DNA of 64,000 nt, from positions 1-64,000 of the forward strand of contig JBEKZX010000001.1 of NCBI GenBank assembly GCA_049509455.1. The letters run 5' to 3'. The notes under the pieces are model-generated. The model was not told where the DNA came from. It saw only the letters and a program-made list of their open reading frames with translations, and ran no database searches. Every line of letters starts with the position of its first letter. Positions within the stretch are counted from its first letter, which is position 1. Shown here in pieces: positions 49,408 to 59,300 of this stretch. The position numbers were made by a program, and so were the translations under genes. Origin of the DNA: Conexivisphaerales archaeon (GTDB lineage Archaea; Thermoproteota; Nitrososphaeria; Conexivisphaerales; DTJL01).

Positions 49408-49952
49408 GTGCCCGATTCGAGCTGCCTGATCCGGGATGGCACCTCAGGGAACTTCGTCTTGGCCTGCTCTTCCGCAGCCGCAGCGGCTTCCCTTATGATG
49501 CTCTCCGCCTCTTCGTTCGCCAACGACACGTTGAACGAGCCGCCGCTCAGCCCGCCGGCCTCCGACACCGTCTGCTGAAGGCTAGCAAAGGATTCGCTGA
49601 TGGTCCCGCTGGCCTCAGGCATGACCTTGGCGAGCTGCTTCTGCAACGTGGCCGCCACCGCGATGGCGGGTCCCATAATGTAATTGAAGTCGCCCAAGTC
49701 TTTCACCGTCTCCATCCTTAGGAAGATGGCATTGAACGCCAGCTTGGACTTCATGACGGTCTTCTCCGTCTTCCTCAGCTCGGCCAGCTCGCTGGCGAGC
49801 ATCTTGGCTCGTGAGGAGTCGTTCGCCTTCAGAGCGTTGACTATCTTCGAGAATATCTCGGCATCCTTGATCTTCAGCCGGTATTCCCTGTCATCGAGCA
49901 GCCTAGTGACCGTCGTGAGAGTGTTCATGGCATTCTGCAACATCGGTTTCAA
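49404..49952 (-). CDS. cdvB: ESCRT-III/Snf7-like protein (CdvB paralog)
   Basis: LKP..., RAKMLASELAELRK, RMETVKDLGD, VMPEA, NEEAESII.EA...AE...K.KFPEVP; pattern typical of thaumarchaeal CdvB. Confidence 0.85.
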   Translation of the reverse strand: MKPMLQNAMNTLTTVTRLLDDREYRLKIKDAEIFSKIVNALKANDSSRAKMLASELAELRKTEKTVMKSKLAFNAIFLRMETVKDLGDFNYIMGPAIAVAATLQKQLAKVMPEASGTISESFASLQQTVSEAGGLSGGSFNVSLANEEAESIIREAAAAAEEQAKTKFPEVPSRIRQLESGT

Positions 49953-50364
49953 AGCTTCACCGGATTTGGACGTCTAATTGCACCAACCGAGGTTATCAAA
50001 GTCTTGTAATTAATACTTCCCTATCGGGCACGTAACAGCACTCCTCCATCCAAGCTCCTAGGTGTTGATGAAGATCGTATGGCTCGTAAGAAGGACCGTT
50101 TCCCTGTGGAACTCTGCCAGAGCAGGTCAAGGGTACAACAGCCGGCGCCATTCAACACCACGACAGTTCTCGGGTTGGAGGTGATGCAGAAGGAGGCTTG
50201 GTAAAGGCTCCACTCGCGCGCCCGCTCCTGTCGTCACTGCACCATGACCCCGCCGACGCTCCATGAGCTTTCGACCTATGTCTGAAGCTGTCCTTGAGTG
50301 GGTCAAATCCCACCACATCATCGTCGGAATCGGCGATCGCTTACGCTGATTTTCAAGCCTACTG

Positions 50365-50462
50365 TGGCGCCCAAGGCGAGATTTGAATTCGCGTGGTTCT
50401 GAACCAACTCGCGTCGTCCGCGTGACAGGCGGACATACTAGGCCGGGCTATACGACTTGGGC
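50365..50462 (-). tRNA. tRNA-Asp (anticodon GUC) with a 20-nt intron at position 53/54; CCA encoded
   Basis: GCCCAAG/CTTGGGC acceptor stem and TCCGC-CTGTCAC-GCGGA anticodon arm; removing 50388-50407 restores GCGAG-TTCAAAT-CTCGC; bulge-helix-bulge present. Confidence 0.93.
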
Positions 50463-50804
50463 TCCACTGCCGAAAGTCTGAAAGGGGGTTTTTATCCTTT
50501 TGCGATGGTCACCTTCCCGAACGCCTCGGCTCCTTTGTGGTCCTTTGAAAGCATGGCCTATTGAATCGACAAAAGCAGCGATTGCCAGCGGAGTCCGCGC
50601 TTTCATCGATGCCCTCCGCAGACGATGTCCGAAACGGATGGAACGACGTGCTCCCGCTCTAGTCGACTTCACGATGCTATCCTTATAGGAACCGACGACG
50701 AGAGGGACACATGCTTTCCGGCGGCAACGTCTACGTGACAATTTACGAGCCCGTCACTTCTCTCCGTCCCGCTTAAATCCGGGAGGGTTTCTTTCACATG
50801 GCGA

Positions 50805-51281
50805 TTGGACCCCCGCCTCACGGTCAAACTGGGCAGCATGTATCCCAGCTGCACCCACAAGGAGCTCGGAGAGCTGGCCTGCAGCATCCAAGAAGGAAAG
50901 TACTGGAAAGCAGGTCCCGGCATGACCTTCTCTGTCGCCCTCACCAGGGCCCGCCGCCTCAGAGGCAGAGACTGGGTAGCCAAGGTGACCGGCTTGGGCC
51001 AGGTGACCGTGCCTGGACCTCTGAAGCCCTACTGCAGGAGGGGAAGGGTCGTCCTGGTATCCTCGTCGGCTCCTTCTAGGGCGGTGCTCGTCTTGGGCTG
51101 GCCAACCTTCCTTTGGGTTATGAGGAAAGGGAAGGTCCACCCCCTAGTGGAGGGCGCCCTGGCTGGGAAGCTGGCAGGGTACGTCGGCGTCCCACGATTG
51201 AAGGAGTACCTCAAGTGCGATGATGAAGAAGGTTTGGCGGGCCCGTCGGGAATCGGACCCGAGACACCCGGGTCGCTTTGA
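50805..51281 (+). CDS. Possible hypothetical protein, 158 aa; 3' end runs antisense into tRNA-Lys
   Basis: Open frame with plausible codon usage; the last about 15 codons are the reverse complement of the tRNA 3' half. Confidence 0.4.
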   Translation: MDPRLTVKLGSMYPSCTHKELGELACSIQEGKYWKAGPGMTFSVALTRARRLRGRDWVAKVTGLGQVTVPGPLKPYCRRGRVVLVSSSAPSRAVLVLGWPTFLWVMRKGKVHPLVEGALAGKLAGYVGVPRLKEYLKCDDEEGLAGPSGIGPETPGSL

Positions 51282-51332
51282 CCGCGGTCGGCCATAAAAG
51301 CCCGGCGCTCTACCTGGCTGAGCTACGGGCCC
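51235..51332 (-). tRNA. tRNA-Lys (anticodon UUU) with a 21-nt canonical 37/38 intron; CCA encoded; T loop has C55
   Basis: GGGCCCG/CGGGCCC acceptor stem, GCTC/GAGC D stem, CCGGG-CTTTTA[intron 51274-51294]A-CCCGG, T arm TCGGG-TCCGATT-CCCGA. Confidence 0.92.
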
Positions 51333-51359
51333 GTTCTGACTTGGTTGAAATCCCCCCGT

Positions 51360-51367
51360 TATTAAAA
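51360..51367 (-). promoter_or_regulatory. TATA box of tRNA-Lys
   Basis: TTTTAATA on the minus strand, 28-35 nt upstream of the tRNA 5' end. Confidence 0.65.
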
Positions 51368-51414
51368 CTAGGGTTGCGGAACTTCCTCATGACGGCCGTA
51401 CGGCGCCCAGGTGC

Positions 51415-52467
51415 CTAGGGGAGCGTCATGGCCATTACCGCCTTCTGCACGTGCAGCCTGTTCTCGGCCTCTTCGAAGTATAGCGACCTCTTGTTCTCAT
51501 CGATCACTTCGTCGGTCACTTCCTGCCCCCTGTCGGCCGGTCCGCAGTGCATGTAATAGGCCTTGTTGGTCCTGTCCAGGCTCTTCTTGGTGCATATCCA
51601 GTCCTTGTACTTCGACTGGAAGGCCGTCGCGGCGTCCTTATCCATCTTCGCGCTGTGCGGAGGGAAGAACTCCTTGGGCGACCACGCCTTGGGGTAGACG
51701 AAGTCGGCCCCTTCGAATGCCTCCTTCATATCGTAGCTGACCTCGAAGCTCCCACCGTACCTGTCGGCGTTCTGCTTGCAGGCCTTCGTCACGACGTCTT
51801 CCAGCTCGAACCCTTTGGGGTGGGCCAGCACGACGTCCATGCCGAATTGCGTAGTGATTAACGCCTCGTTCTGGGGCACGGCCAGCGGCTTGAGGCCGCC
51901 GGAGTAGGCGTAGGACACCACGAACTTCTTGTCCTTCAGCTTAGGCGACGCCTGCTTGGCGGCCATGATGTCCGCCATCGCCTGGAACGGGTGGTACATA
52001 TCGTCCTCCATGTTCAGAACGGGAATCGAAGCCCACTTGGCGAACTCCTGCACGACCTTGTGGCCCCTCCCGATGTTCCATTTGGCGGCGTCACCGTAGA
52101 TCCTGATCGCGATCGAGTCGCCCATCCTGCTGAGCACTCTAGCGACGTCTGAGATGGCCTCCGTCTGGTAGGCCACCATGTCCTCCGGCAGCGACGGCGT
52201 GTAGACGTCTTGGGGACTCAGGAAATGGGCGTGCCCGCCTAGCTGGTAAATGCCGCCTTCGAAGGAATTCCTCGTCCTGAGCGACCGATTGTAGAAAAGC
52301 ATGAAGAGCGTCCTCCCAGGAAGGTAGGGCGTCTCCTTCCGGCCCCTGAACTTCTTCTGCAGATCGAAGGAGGCGTCCAACACCTGAGTGAGCTCCTCCT
52401 GCGAGAAGTCTTGAGTGTTCAGGAAGTCCTTCCCCCTGAAGGCCCCGACATAAGATGGGAGTTTCAT
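51415..52467 (-). CDS. Transcarbamylase of the YgeW/N-acetylornithine-type branch (not a typical ArgF)
   Basis: SLRTR, HPFQ, YAYSGGLKPLAVPQ, VYPKAW, KDWICT, MHCGPAD; SD GGAGGTG before the ATG at 52467. Confidence 0.85.
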   Translation of the reverse strand: MKLPSYVGAFRGKDFLNTQDFSQEELTQVLDASFDLQKKFRGRKETPYLPGRTLFMLFYNRSLRTRNSFEGGIYQLGGHAHFLSPQDVYTPSLPEDMVAYQTEAISDVARVLSRMGDSIAIRIYGDAAKWNIGRGHKVVQEFAKWASIPVLNMEDDMYHPFQAMADIMAAKQASPKLKDKKFVVSYAYSGGLKPLAVPQNEALITTQFGMDVVLAHPKGFELEDVVTKACKQNADRYGGSFEVSYDMKEAFEGADFVYPKAWSPKEFFPPHSAKMDKDAATAFQSKYKDWICTKKSLDRTNKAYYMHCGPADRGQEVTDEVIDENKRSLYFEEAENRLHVQKAVMAMTLP

Positions 52468-52544
52468 AGATACCACCTCCGCTCGTCTCTTTCTCATATT
52501 ATAAGGTTTGGCAAAGGTCTCCGGCGGCGCGTCTCTGGAAGGCA

Positions 52545-52559
52545 CAGAAAAGTTAAATA
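52545..52559 (+). promoter_or_regulatory. BRE-TATA promoter candidate for the rpo operon
   Basis: CAGAAAAG-TTAAATA about 110 nt upstream of rpoH. Confidence 0.5.
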
Positions 52560-52668
52560 CGCACCTTTTGGCGGTATTGTTGCGGAATATTTTGTATGTT
52601 GGAATATCAACGGTTTTTAAGGCACTTCCTGTCCGGCGTCGGAGCGCTGTGTAGCTAGGTGACTCTGC

Positions 52669-52920
52669 ATGGCTGAAATCGTCAAGGAATTCAAGCCTTC
52701 AGCTCACCGTGATGTGCCGAAGCACGAAATCGTGCCTAAGGACGAAGTGGACAGCATACTGAAGAGCTATAACGCTACATACGAGCAGTTCCCCTTCATC
52801 CTGACGACGGATCCCGTCGTCTTGGAGCTCCAGGCTAAGCCCGGCGACCTCATCAAGATAAGCCGGGATAGCAAGACGGCAGGTTCCAGCGTGTACTTCC
52901 GCCTTGTAGTCGAGGGTTAA
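52669..52920 (+). CDS. rpoH: RNA polymerase subunit H (Rpo5)
   Basis: H..VPKHEI, P.IL.TDPV, PGDLIKISRDSKTAG..VYFRLV. Confidence 0.98.
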   Translation: MAEIVKEFKPSAHRDVPKHEIVPKDEVDSILKSYNATYEQFPFILTTDPVVLELQAKPGDLIKISRDSKTAGSSVYFRLVVEG

Positions 52921-52925
52921 TAGTA

Positions 52926-55900
52926 ATGATGGAATCCACTTCGACCACCCTTACGGATGGATGGCCGATAATAGAGGATATACTGAGGAAGGAAGGTGTC
53001 GCCCGTCAGCACCTGAATTCGTATAACGAGTTCGTCGCCAGGGGCTTGCAGAGCATCATCGACGAGGTCAACGAGGCCGACATCGAGACCGCCAGCGGCT
53101 CCTACAAGGTTAAGTTCGGCAAGGTCATTTTAGACAGGCCCCGCGTCGTCGAGATTGACGGCTCCATAAGCTATGTTCTTCCTTCGGAGGCGAGGCTCAG
53201 GAACCTCACCTACGGCGCCCCTCTCTACCTTGAGATAACAATCATAGACCCTCAGCTGGGCCCCGCCGGCCAGGTCACCCAGAAGTTCCACATAGGCGAC
53301 TTGCCCGTCATGGTGAAGTCCAACCTCTGCGCCCTCTTCGGGCTCTCGGACGACCAGCTCATCGGAGCCGGCGAGGACCTCAAGGATCCCGGAGGGTACT
53401 TCGTCATCAACGGCTCCGAGAGGGTCATCGTGGGCTTGGAGGACCTCTCTCCCAACAAGATCCTTGTGGAGACCGACAAGAGCGGCGGTAAGGTTTCGCA
53501 CAAGGCAAAGATATACTCCTCCATAGTGGGCTACCGTTCCAAACTCGAGCTGGAGCTCAAACCTGATGGCGCCCTTTACGTCAAGCTCCCGGCCTCGCCC
53601 GTGGACCTCCCATTCGTAATCGTTCTCAGAGCGCTGGGCATCAACACGGACAAGGAGGTAGCCGACATGGTCTCGGTCAAGAGTTTCATCCAGGATCAGT
53701 TGGAGACCACCTTCGAGAAGTCCGCGGAGGCCCTTACTTCTCAGGAGGCCCTGATGTACATAGGGAATAGGGTCGCCCACGGCATGATGGACGAGCTCAG
53801 GCTGAAGAGGGCGGAAATGCTACTCGACTGGTACCTCCTTCCTCACCTCGGCAGGCAACCCTCCAACAGACTCGACAAGGCGGCCTTCCTCGGCGAAGCC
53901 GCATGCAAGCTGCTGGAGCTTCGCCTGGGCTACATCGACCAGGACGACAAGGACCATTACGGTAACAAGGTCATCAAGTTCGCAGGGCAGATGTTGGCCG
54001 ACCTCTTCCGCACCGCCTTCAGGAACATGGTGCGCGACATGAAGTACCAGCTGGACAGGGTGGGCCAGAGGAGGGGCCCTGCCGTAGTTGGCGCCGCCAT
54101 CCGTCCCGGCATCATCACTGACAAGCTAGCCAACGCCATTGCCACCGGGAACTGGGGAAGGGGAAAGGTGGGCGTCACGCAGCTCCTGGACAAGACCAAC
54201 TACCTTTCTACACTGAGCCACCTCAGGCGCATCCAGTCGCCTCTGAGCAGGAGCCAGCCAAACTTCGAGGCCAGGGACCTCCATTCCACTCATTTCGGCA
54301 GGATATGTCCAAACGAGACGCCCGAGGGCTCCAACTGTGGCCTGGTCAAGAACCTCGCCCTCTCTGCCATCATATCGGTCACCTCGTCCTCGCATGAGGT
54401 GCTCAACAAGCCCTTCGCGCTGGGCGTGATGAGATATGGTGAAGCGGTGGCGGAGCTGAAGGAGAGCGGAGCCAAGGTTTTCGTGGACGGCAGGATGGTG
54501 GGCTACGTCGACGACGCCTTCCGCCTGGCCTCGGCCTTCCGGAGGCTTCGGCGCCGGGGCGAAATCCCTTCTGATGTGTCGATCTACGTCTACAAGCCTG
54601 AGATGGCCAACGCCACGGTCAGGGTCTACATCTCGGCTAGTGCCGGGCGGGTCCTCAGGCCTCTGATAGTGGTCGAAAACGGCAGGCCACTGGTGACCGC
54701 CGACATGATCGAGAAGGTCAAGACGGGCATGCTCGGCTGGCGCGACCTGGTCTCCCAGGGCGTGCTCGAAGTAGTCGACGCCAACGAAGAGGAGAACGCC
54801 TACATCGCCCTCGACGCCAAGGACCTGACGGCGCAGCACACGCACCTCGAGCTCTACACGCCAGCCATCTTGGGCGTCGCTGGCTCGCTCATACCCTACC
54901 CTGAGCACAACCAGTCCCCTAGGAACACCTACGAGTCGGCCATGGCCAAGCAGGCCCTCGGCTTTTCCACATCCAACTTCGGCACAGCCAGCTACGTCCG
55001 CCAGCACCTCGCGGTCTATCCACAGGTGCCCGTGGTCAAGACGCGCTCCCATACGCTGATTAACATGGACGAAAGGCCGATGGGCCAGAACGCAGTGCTG
55101 GCCGTCCTCAGTTTCGAAGGCTACAACATCGAAGACGCCGTAGTCCTGAACAAATCCAGCGTCGACAGGGGCTTGGGCCGCACCTTCTTCTACAGGCTCT
55201 ACGAGGCCGAGGCCCAGCAGTATCTGGGAGGGATGAAGGACAGGTTCGAGTTACCTAGCGCGGACGCCAACATACGCGGCTTCAGGGGAGAGAAGTTCTA
55301 CAGGCTCCTCGAACCGGACGGGGTCGTCATGTCGGAGGCCGTGGTCTCCGGAGGCGACGTGCTGGCCGGAAGGACGAGCCCGCCTCGTTTCATGGAGGAG
55401 TACAAGGAGTTCGAGGTCAAAGGTCCCTACAGGCGTGACACCTCGATTGCCGTGCGGCCCAGCGAGAGCGGCGTCGTCGACTCGGTCTTCATGACGCAGA
55501 CCGTCGAAGGGAACAAGATCTACAAGATACGCGTCCGGGACCAGAGGATCCCCGAGTTGGGCGACAAGTTCGCTTCCCGACACGGGCAGAAGGGAGTCGT
55601 GGGCCTCCTGGTCAACCAAGAGGACATGCCCTACACGGAGCAGGGCATCGTCCCCGACGTCATCATGAACCCCCATGCCTTTCCGTCGAGGATGACCGTG
55701 GGCCAGTTCCTGGAGTCTCTAGCGGGCAAGGCGGCCGCACTGAGAGGTTCGCCCGTCGACGGCACGGCTTTCCTCGGAGAGAAGCCCAAGGGAATCAAGG
55801 ATATACTGAAGCAGTTCGGCTTCCTGGAGTCGGGCCGCGAAGTTATGTACGACGGCCGCACAGGGAAGCGCTACCCGGCCGACATCTACACGGGAGTCGT

Positions 55901-56297
55901 CTACTATCAGAAGCTCCACCATATGGTGGCCGACAAGATACACGCCCGCGCCCGCGGCCAGGTGCAGATGCTCACCAAGCAGCCCACTGAAGGGAGGGCC
56001 CGCGGCGGAGGCCTCAGGTTCGGAGAGATGGAGAGAGACTGTCTAATAGCCTACGGCGCGGCCATGGTTCTGAAGGACAGGCTCCTCGAGGAGTCCGACA
56101 AGACGGAGGTCCACATCTGCGAGAAGTGCGGGCTCATCGCCTACTATGATTCGCGGCAGCGCAAGTACGTATGCAAGGTGGACGGCGACTCGAGCAAGAT
56201 CTCAACAGTCACGGTGGCCTACGCCTTCAAGCTGCTCCTTCAAGAAATGATGAGCCTGGTGATAGCGCCACGCTTGAAGCTGAAGGACAAGGTCTAG
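52926..56297 (+). CDS. rpoB: RNA polymerase subunit B (Rpo2), unsplit
   Basis: GGYFVINGSERV, ETPEG.NCGL, GDKFASRHGQKG, GGLRFGEMERD. Confidence 0.99.
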   Translation: MMESTSTTLTDGWPIIEDILRKEGVARQHLNSYNEFVARGLQSIIDEVNEADIETASGSYKVKFGKVILDRPRVVEIDGSISYVLPSEARLRNLTYGAPLYLEITIIDPQLGPAGQVTQKFHIGDLPVMVKSNLCALFGLSDDQLIGAGEDLKDPGGYFVINGSERVIVGLEDLSPNKILVETDKSGGKVSHKAKIYSSIVGYRSKLELELKPDGALYVKLPASPVDLPFVIVLRALGINTDKEVADMVSVKSFIQDQLETTFEKSAEALTSQEALMYIGNRVAHGMMDELRLKRAEMLLDWYLLPHLGRQPSNRLDKAAFLGEAACKLLELRLGYIDQDDKDHYGNKVIKFAGQMLADLFRTAFRNMVRDMKYQLDRVGQRRGPAVVGAAIRPGIITDKLANAIATGNWGRGKVGVTQLLDKTNYLSTLSHLRRIQSPLSRSQPNFEARDLHSTHFGRICPNETPEGSNCGLVKNLALSAIISVTSSSHEVLNKPFALGVMRYGEAVAELKESGAKVFVDGRMVGYVDDAFRLASAFRRLRRRGEIPSDVSIYVYKPEMANATVRVYISASAGRVLRPLIVVENGRPLVTADMIEKVKTGMLGWRDLVSQGVLEVVDANEEENAYIALDAKDLTAQHTHLELYTPAILGVAGSLIPYPEHNQSPRNTYESAMAKQALGFSTSNFGTASYVRQHLAVYPQVPVVKTRSHTLINMDERPMGQNAVLAVLSFEGYNIEDAVVLNKSSVDRGLGRTFFYRLYEAEAQQYLGGMKDRFELPSADANIRGFRGEKFYRLLEPDGVVMSEAVVSGGDVLAGRTSPPRFMEEYKEFEVKGPYRRDTSIAVRPSESGVVDSVFMTQTVEGNKIYKIRVRDQRIPELGDKFASRHGQKGVVGLLVNQEDMPYTEQGIVPDVIMNPHAFPSRMTVGQFLESLAGKAAALRGSPVDGTAFLGEKPKGIKDILKQFGFLESGREVMYDGRTGKRYPADIYTGVVYYQKLHHMVADKIHARARGQVQMLTKQPTEGRARGGGLRFGEMERDCLIAYGAAMVLKDRLLEESDKTEVHICEKCGLIAYYDSRQRKYVCKVDGDSSKISTVTVAYAFKLLLQEMMSLVIAPRLKLKDKV

Positions 56298-56309
56298 AGG
56301 TGTATTGAG

Positions 56310-59300
56310 ATGGAAGAAGCGATTAAGACCGTGGGCGGAATCGGGTTCTGTGTCTTCTCGCCTTCGGAGGTCAGGAAGTACTCTACAGTCGAGATCACCG
56401 TCCCCGAGACCTACGATGAGGACGGAATGCCGGTCCAAGGAGGCCTCATGGACAGCCGCCTGGGCGTCCTGGAGCCGGGCCAGAAATGCGGCACGTGTGG
56501 CAACACCAGCGCCCGCTGCCCCGGCCACTTCGGCCACATCGAGCTCGCCGAGCCCGTGTTACACGTCGCCTTTGTCACGATCACCCACACGCTCCTTGTA
56601 GCCACCTGCCGCAGCTGCGGCCGGGTCCTCCTCCCCGAGGACGAGGTCAAGGCCTACAGAGAACAGATTAAGGTCAAGGGGTACACGACCCCCAACATCG
56701 TGGAGCGGATCTCTAAGGAGATAGTCGCCAAGGCGAAGAAGGCCAAGGTCTGCCCGCACTGCGGCAAGAAGAAGCTGGAAGTCGAGTTCACCAAGCCCCA
56801 CCTGTTCCACGAGATAAACGACGAAGGAGGCGCCGTCCGCCTCCTTCCCGCGGCCATAAGAGAGCGCATGGAGAGGATACTCGACGAGGACCTCGTCCTG
56901 CTGGGCTTCGACCCGACGTCGGCCAAGCCGGAGTGGCTAGTCCTTCAGGTCCTCCCTGTGCCCCCCGTCACCGTCAGGCCCTCTATCACGCTAGAGACGG
57001 GCATCAGGTCCGAGGACGACCTCACTCACAAGCTCGTTGACATCCTCAGAGTCAACCAGAGAGTACGCGAAAGCAAGGAGTCGGGCACGCCGCCCCTCAT
57101 CGTACAGGACCTCGTCGACCTTCTGCAGTATCACGTCACCACTTACTTCGACAACGAGGTCTCCGGCATACCGCAGGCCCACCACAGGTCTGGGAGGCCG
57201 TTGAAGACCATCAGCCAGAGGCTGAAGGGCAAGGAAGGACGCTTCAGAGGGAGCCTCTCAGGCAAGAGGGTAGACTTCTCCAGCCGCACGGTCATCTCCC
57301 CGGACCCCAGCCTCGACATCTCCGAGGTGGGCGTACCCGCGGAGGTGGCGAAGAAGCTCACCGTTCCCGAGAAGGTGGCCCCATGGAACATCGAGCACCT
57401 GAAGAAGCTGGTCATCAACGGCCCCACGACCCATCCAGGCGCCAACTACATCATCCGGCCCGACGGCGTGAAAATCCGCCTAGAGTTTGCCGGCGACCGG
57501 CAGGCCATCAGCGAAGCTCTAGCTCCTGGATACGTCGTCGAGAGGCACCTGAGCGACGGCGACGTCGTGCTGTTCAACCGCCAGCCTTCGCTGCACAGAA
57601 TGTCCATCATGGCCCACTTTGTGAAGGTCCTCCCGTACAGGACCTTCAGGCTTCACCCAGCAGTCTGTCCCCCCTACAACGCCGACTTTGACGGGGACGA
57701 GATGAACCTCCACGTCCCTCAGGGAGAGGAAGCGCGCTCCGAAGCCCTGACCCTTATGCGGGTCCAAGACCAGCTCATCTCGCCCAGGTACGGCGGCCCC
57801 ATTATCGGGGCGATAAGGGACTTCCTGACGGCCGCCTTTCTGCTGACTAGGGACGGGGTTTTCCTTTCCAAGACCGAGTTCTCCAATCTGGCATACGCCG
57901 GTGGATACACGGGAGAGCTTCCGCCTCCGGATAAGAAGGAGCCCGAGGAGCTCTACACCGGCAAGCAGCTCTTCAGCCTGTTCCTTCCCAAGGACTTCAA
58001 CTACGTGCTGACCTCGAAGTGGTTCAAGGCCAAGGGCGGCAAGAAGGGCAAGGACGTCGTCGTAAGGGAGGGCGTCCTAGAGTCCGGAGTCATCGACAAG
58101 GCCTCGATCGGAGCCGAGGAGCCCGACACCATCCTCCACAGGATAGTGAAGGACTACGGCACCGACGCGGCTAGGACCTTCCTTAACTCCATCCTCAGGA
58201 TCCTAAGAGCTTACATCACCTCGGTGGGCTTCTCATTCGGCTTCGACGAGCTGGAGCTCAGCACCGATGCCGTCAAGGAGATTTACGACATTATAGGTGC
58301 GTCCTACGGCAGCGTCGGAGACCTCTACAAGAAGTACGACGCGGGTAAGCTGCCCTTGATTAAGGGCCTCAAGCCCGAGGCGGCCCTGGAACAGTACATC
58401 ATGAGCGAGTTGAGCAAGGCTAGGGACCACGCCGGCCGCGTGGTCGAGAGGACCCTCCCCGACACGAACTCCGGCATCGTAATGGCCAAGACGGGAGCGA
58501 GGGGCTCTTCGCTCAACCTCGGGCAGATGACGGCCATCGTCGGACAGCAGTCGGTGCGAGGCAAGCGCATCACCAGGGGCTACTACCACAGAGCGTTGGC
58601 CCATTTTAAGCAGCTGGAGAAGAACCCCGACGCGTACGGGTTCGTGAAGTCCAACTACCGGGAGGGCCTCGACCCCATCGAGTTCTTCTTTCACGCCATG
58701 GGCGGGCGGGAAGGCCTCGTTGACACGGCCGTTAGGACCCAGCAGAGCGGCTACATGCAGAGGAGGCTGGTGAACGCCATGGAACACGTCAGGGTGGAGT
58801 ACGACTCCACCGTCAGGGATCCTCAGGGCAACCTCATTCAGTTCAGGTACGGAGAAGACGGCGTCGATCCCTCCAAGAGCGACCATGGCAAGGCCGTCAA
58901 CGTCGACAGGCTTATCGACTCGCAGGAGCTGCTCGACGACAAGACCCCTCCCAGGATAAAGGAGACCGAGGCGAAGGCCATGGTCAAAGGCTACAACGAG
59001 AGGCTCAACCCCAGGCTCGCCGAGGAGCTCGAGGAGGCCCTGAAGAAGGGAGGGCTCAGCAAGAAGTCGTCCAAGGCGGTATGCGAAACCACGGTGGCGC
59101 TGTACAAGAAGGCGCTCGTGGAGCCGGGCGAGGCCATGGGCGTCGTAGGCGCGCAGTCCATCGGCGAGCCGGGCACACAGATGACCCTCAGGACGTTCCA
59201 CTTCGCAGGCGTAAGAGAGAGGGACGTCACCCTGGGCCTGCCTAGGCTCATCGAGCTGGTGGACGCACGCAAACAACCCAGCACACCTACCATGGATGTC

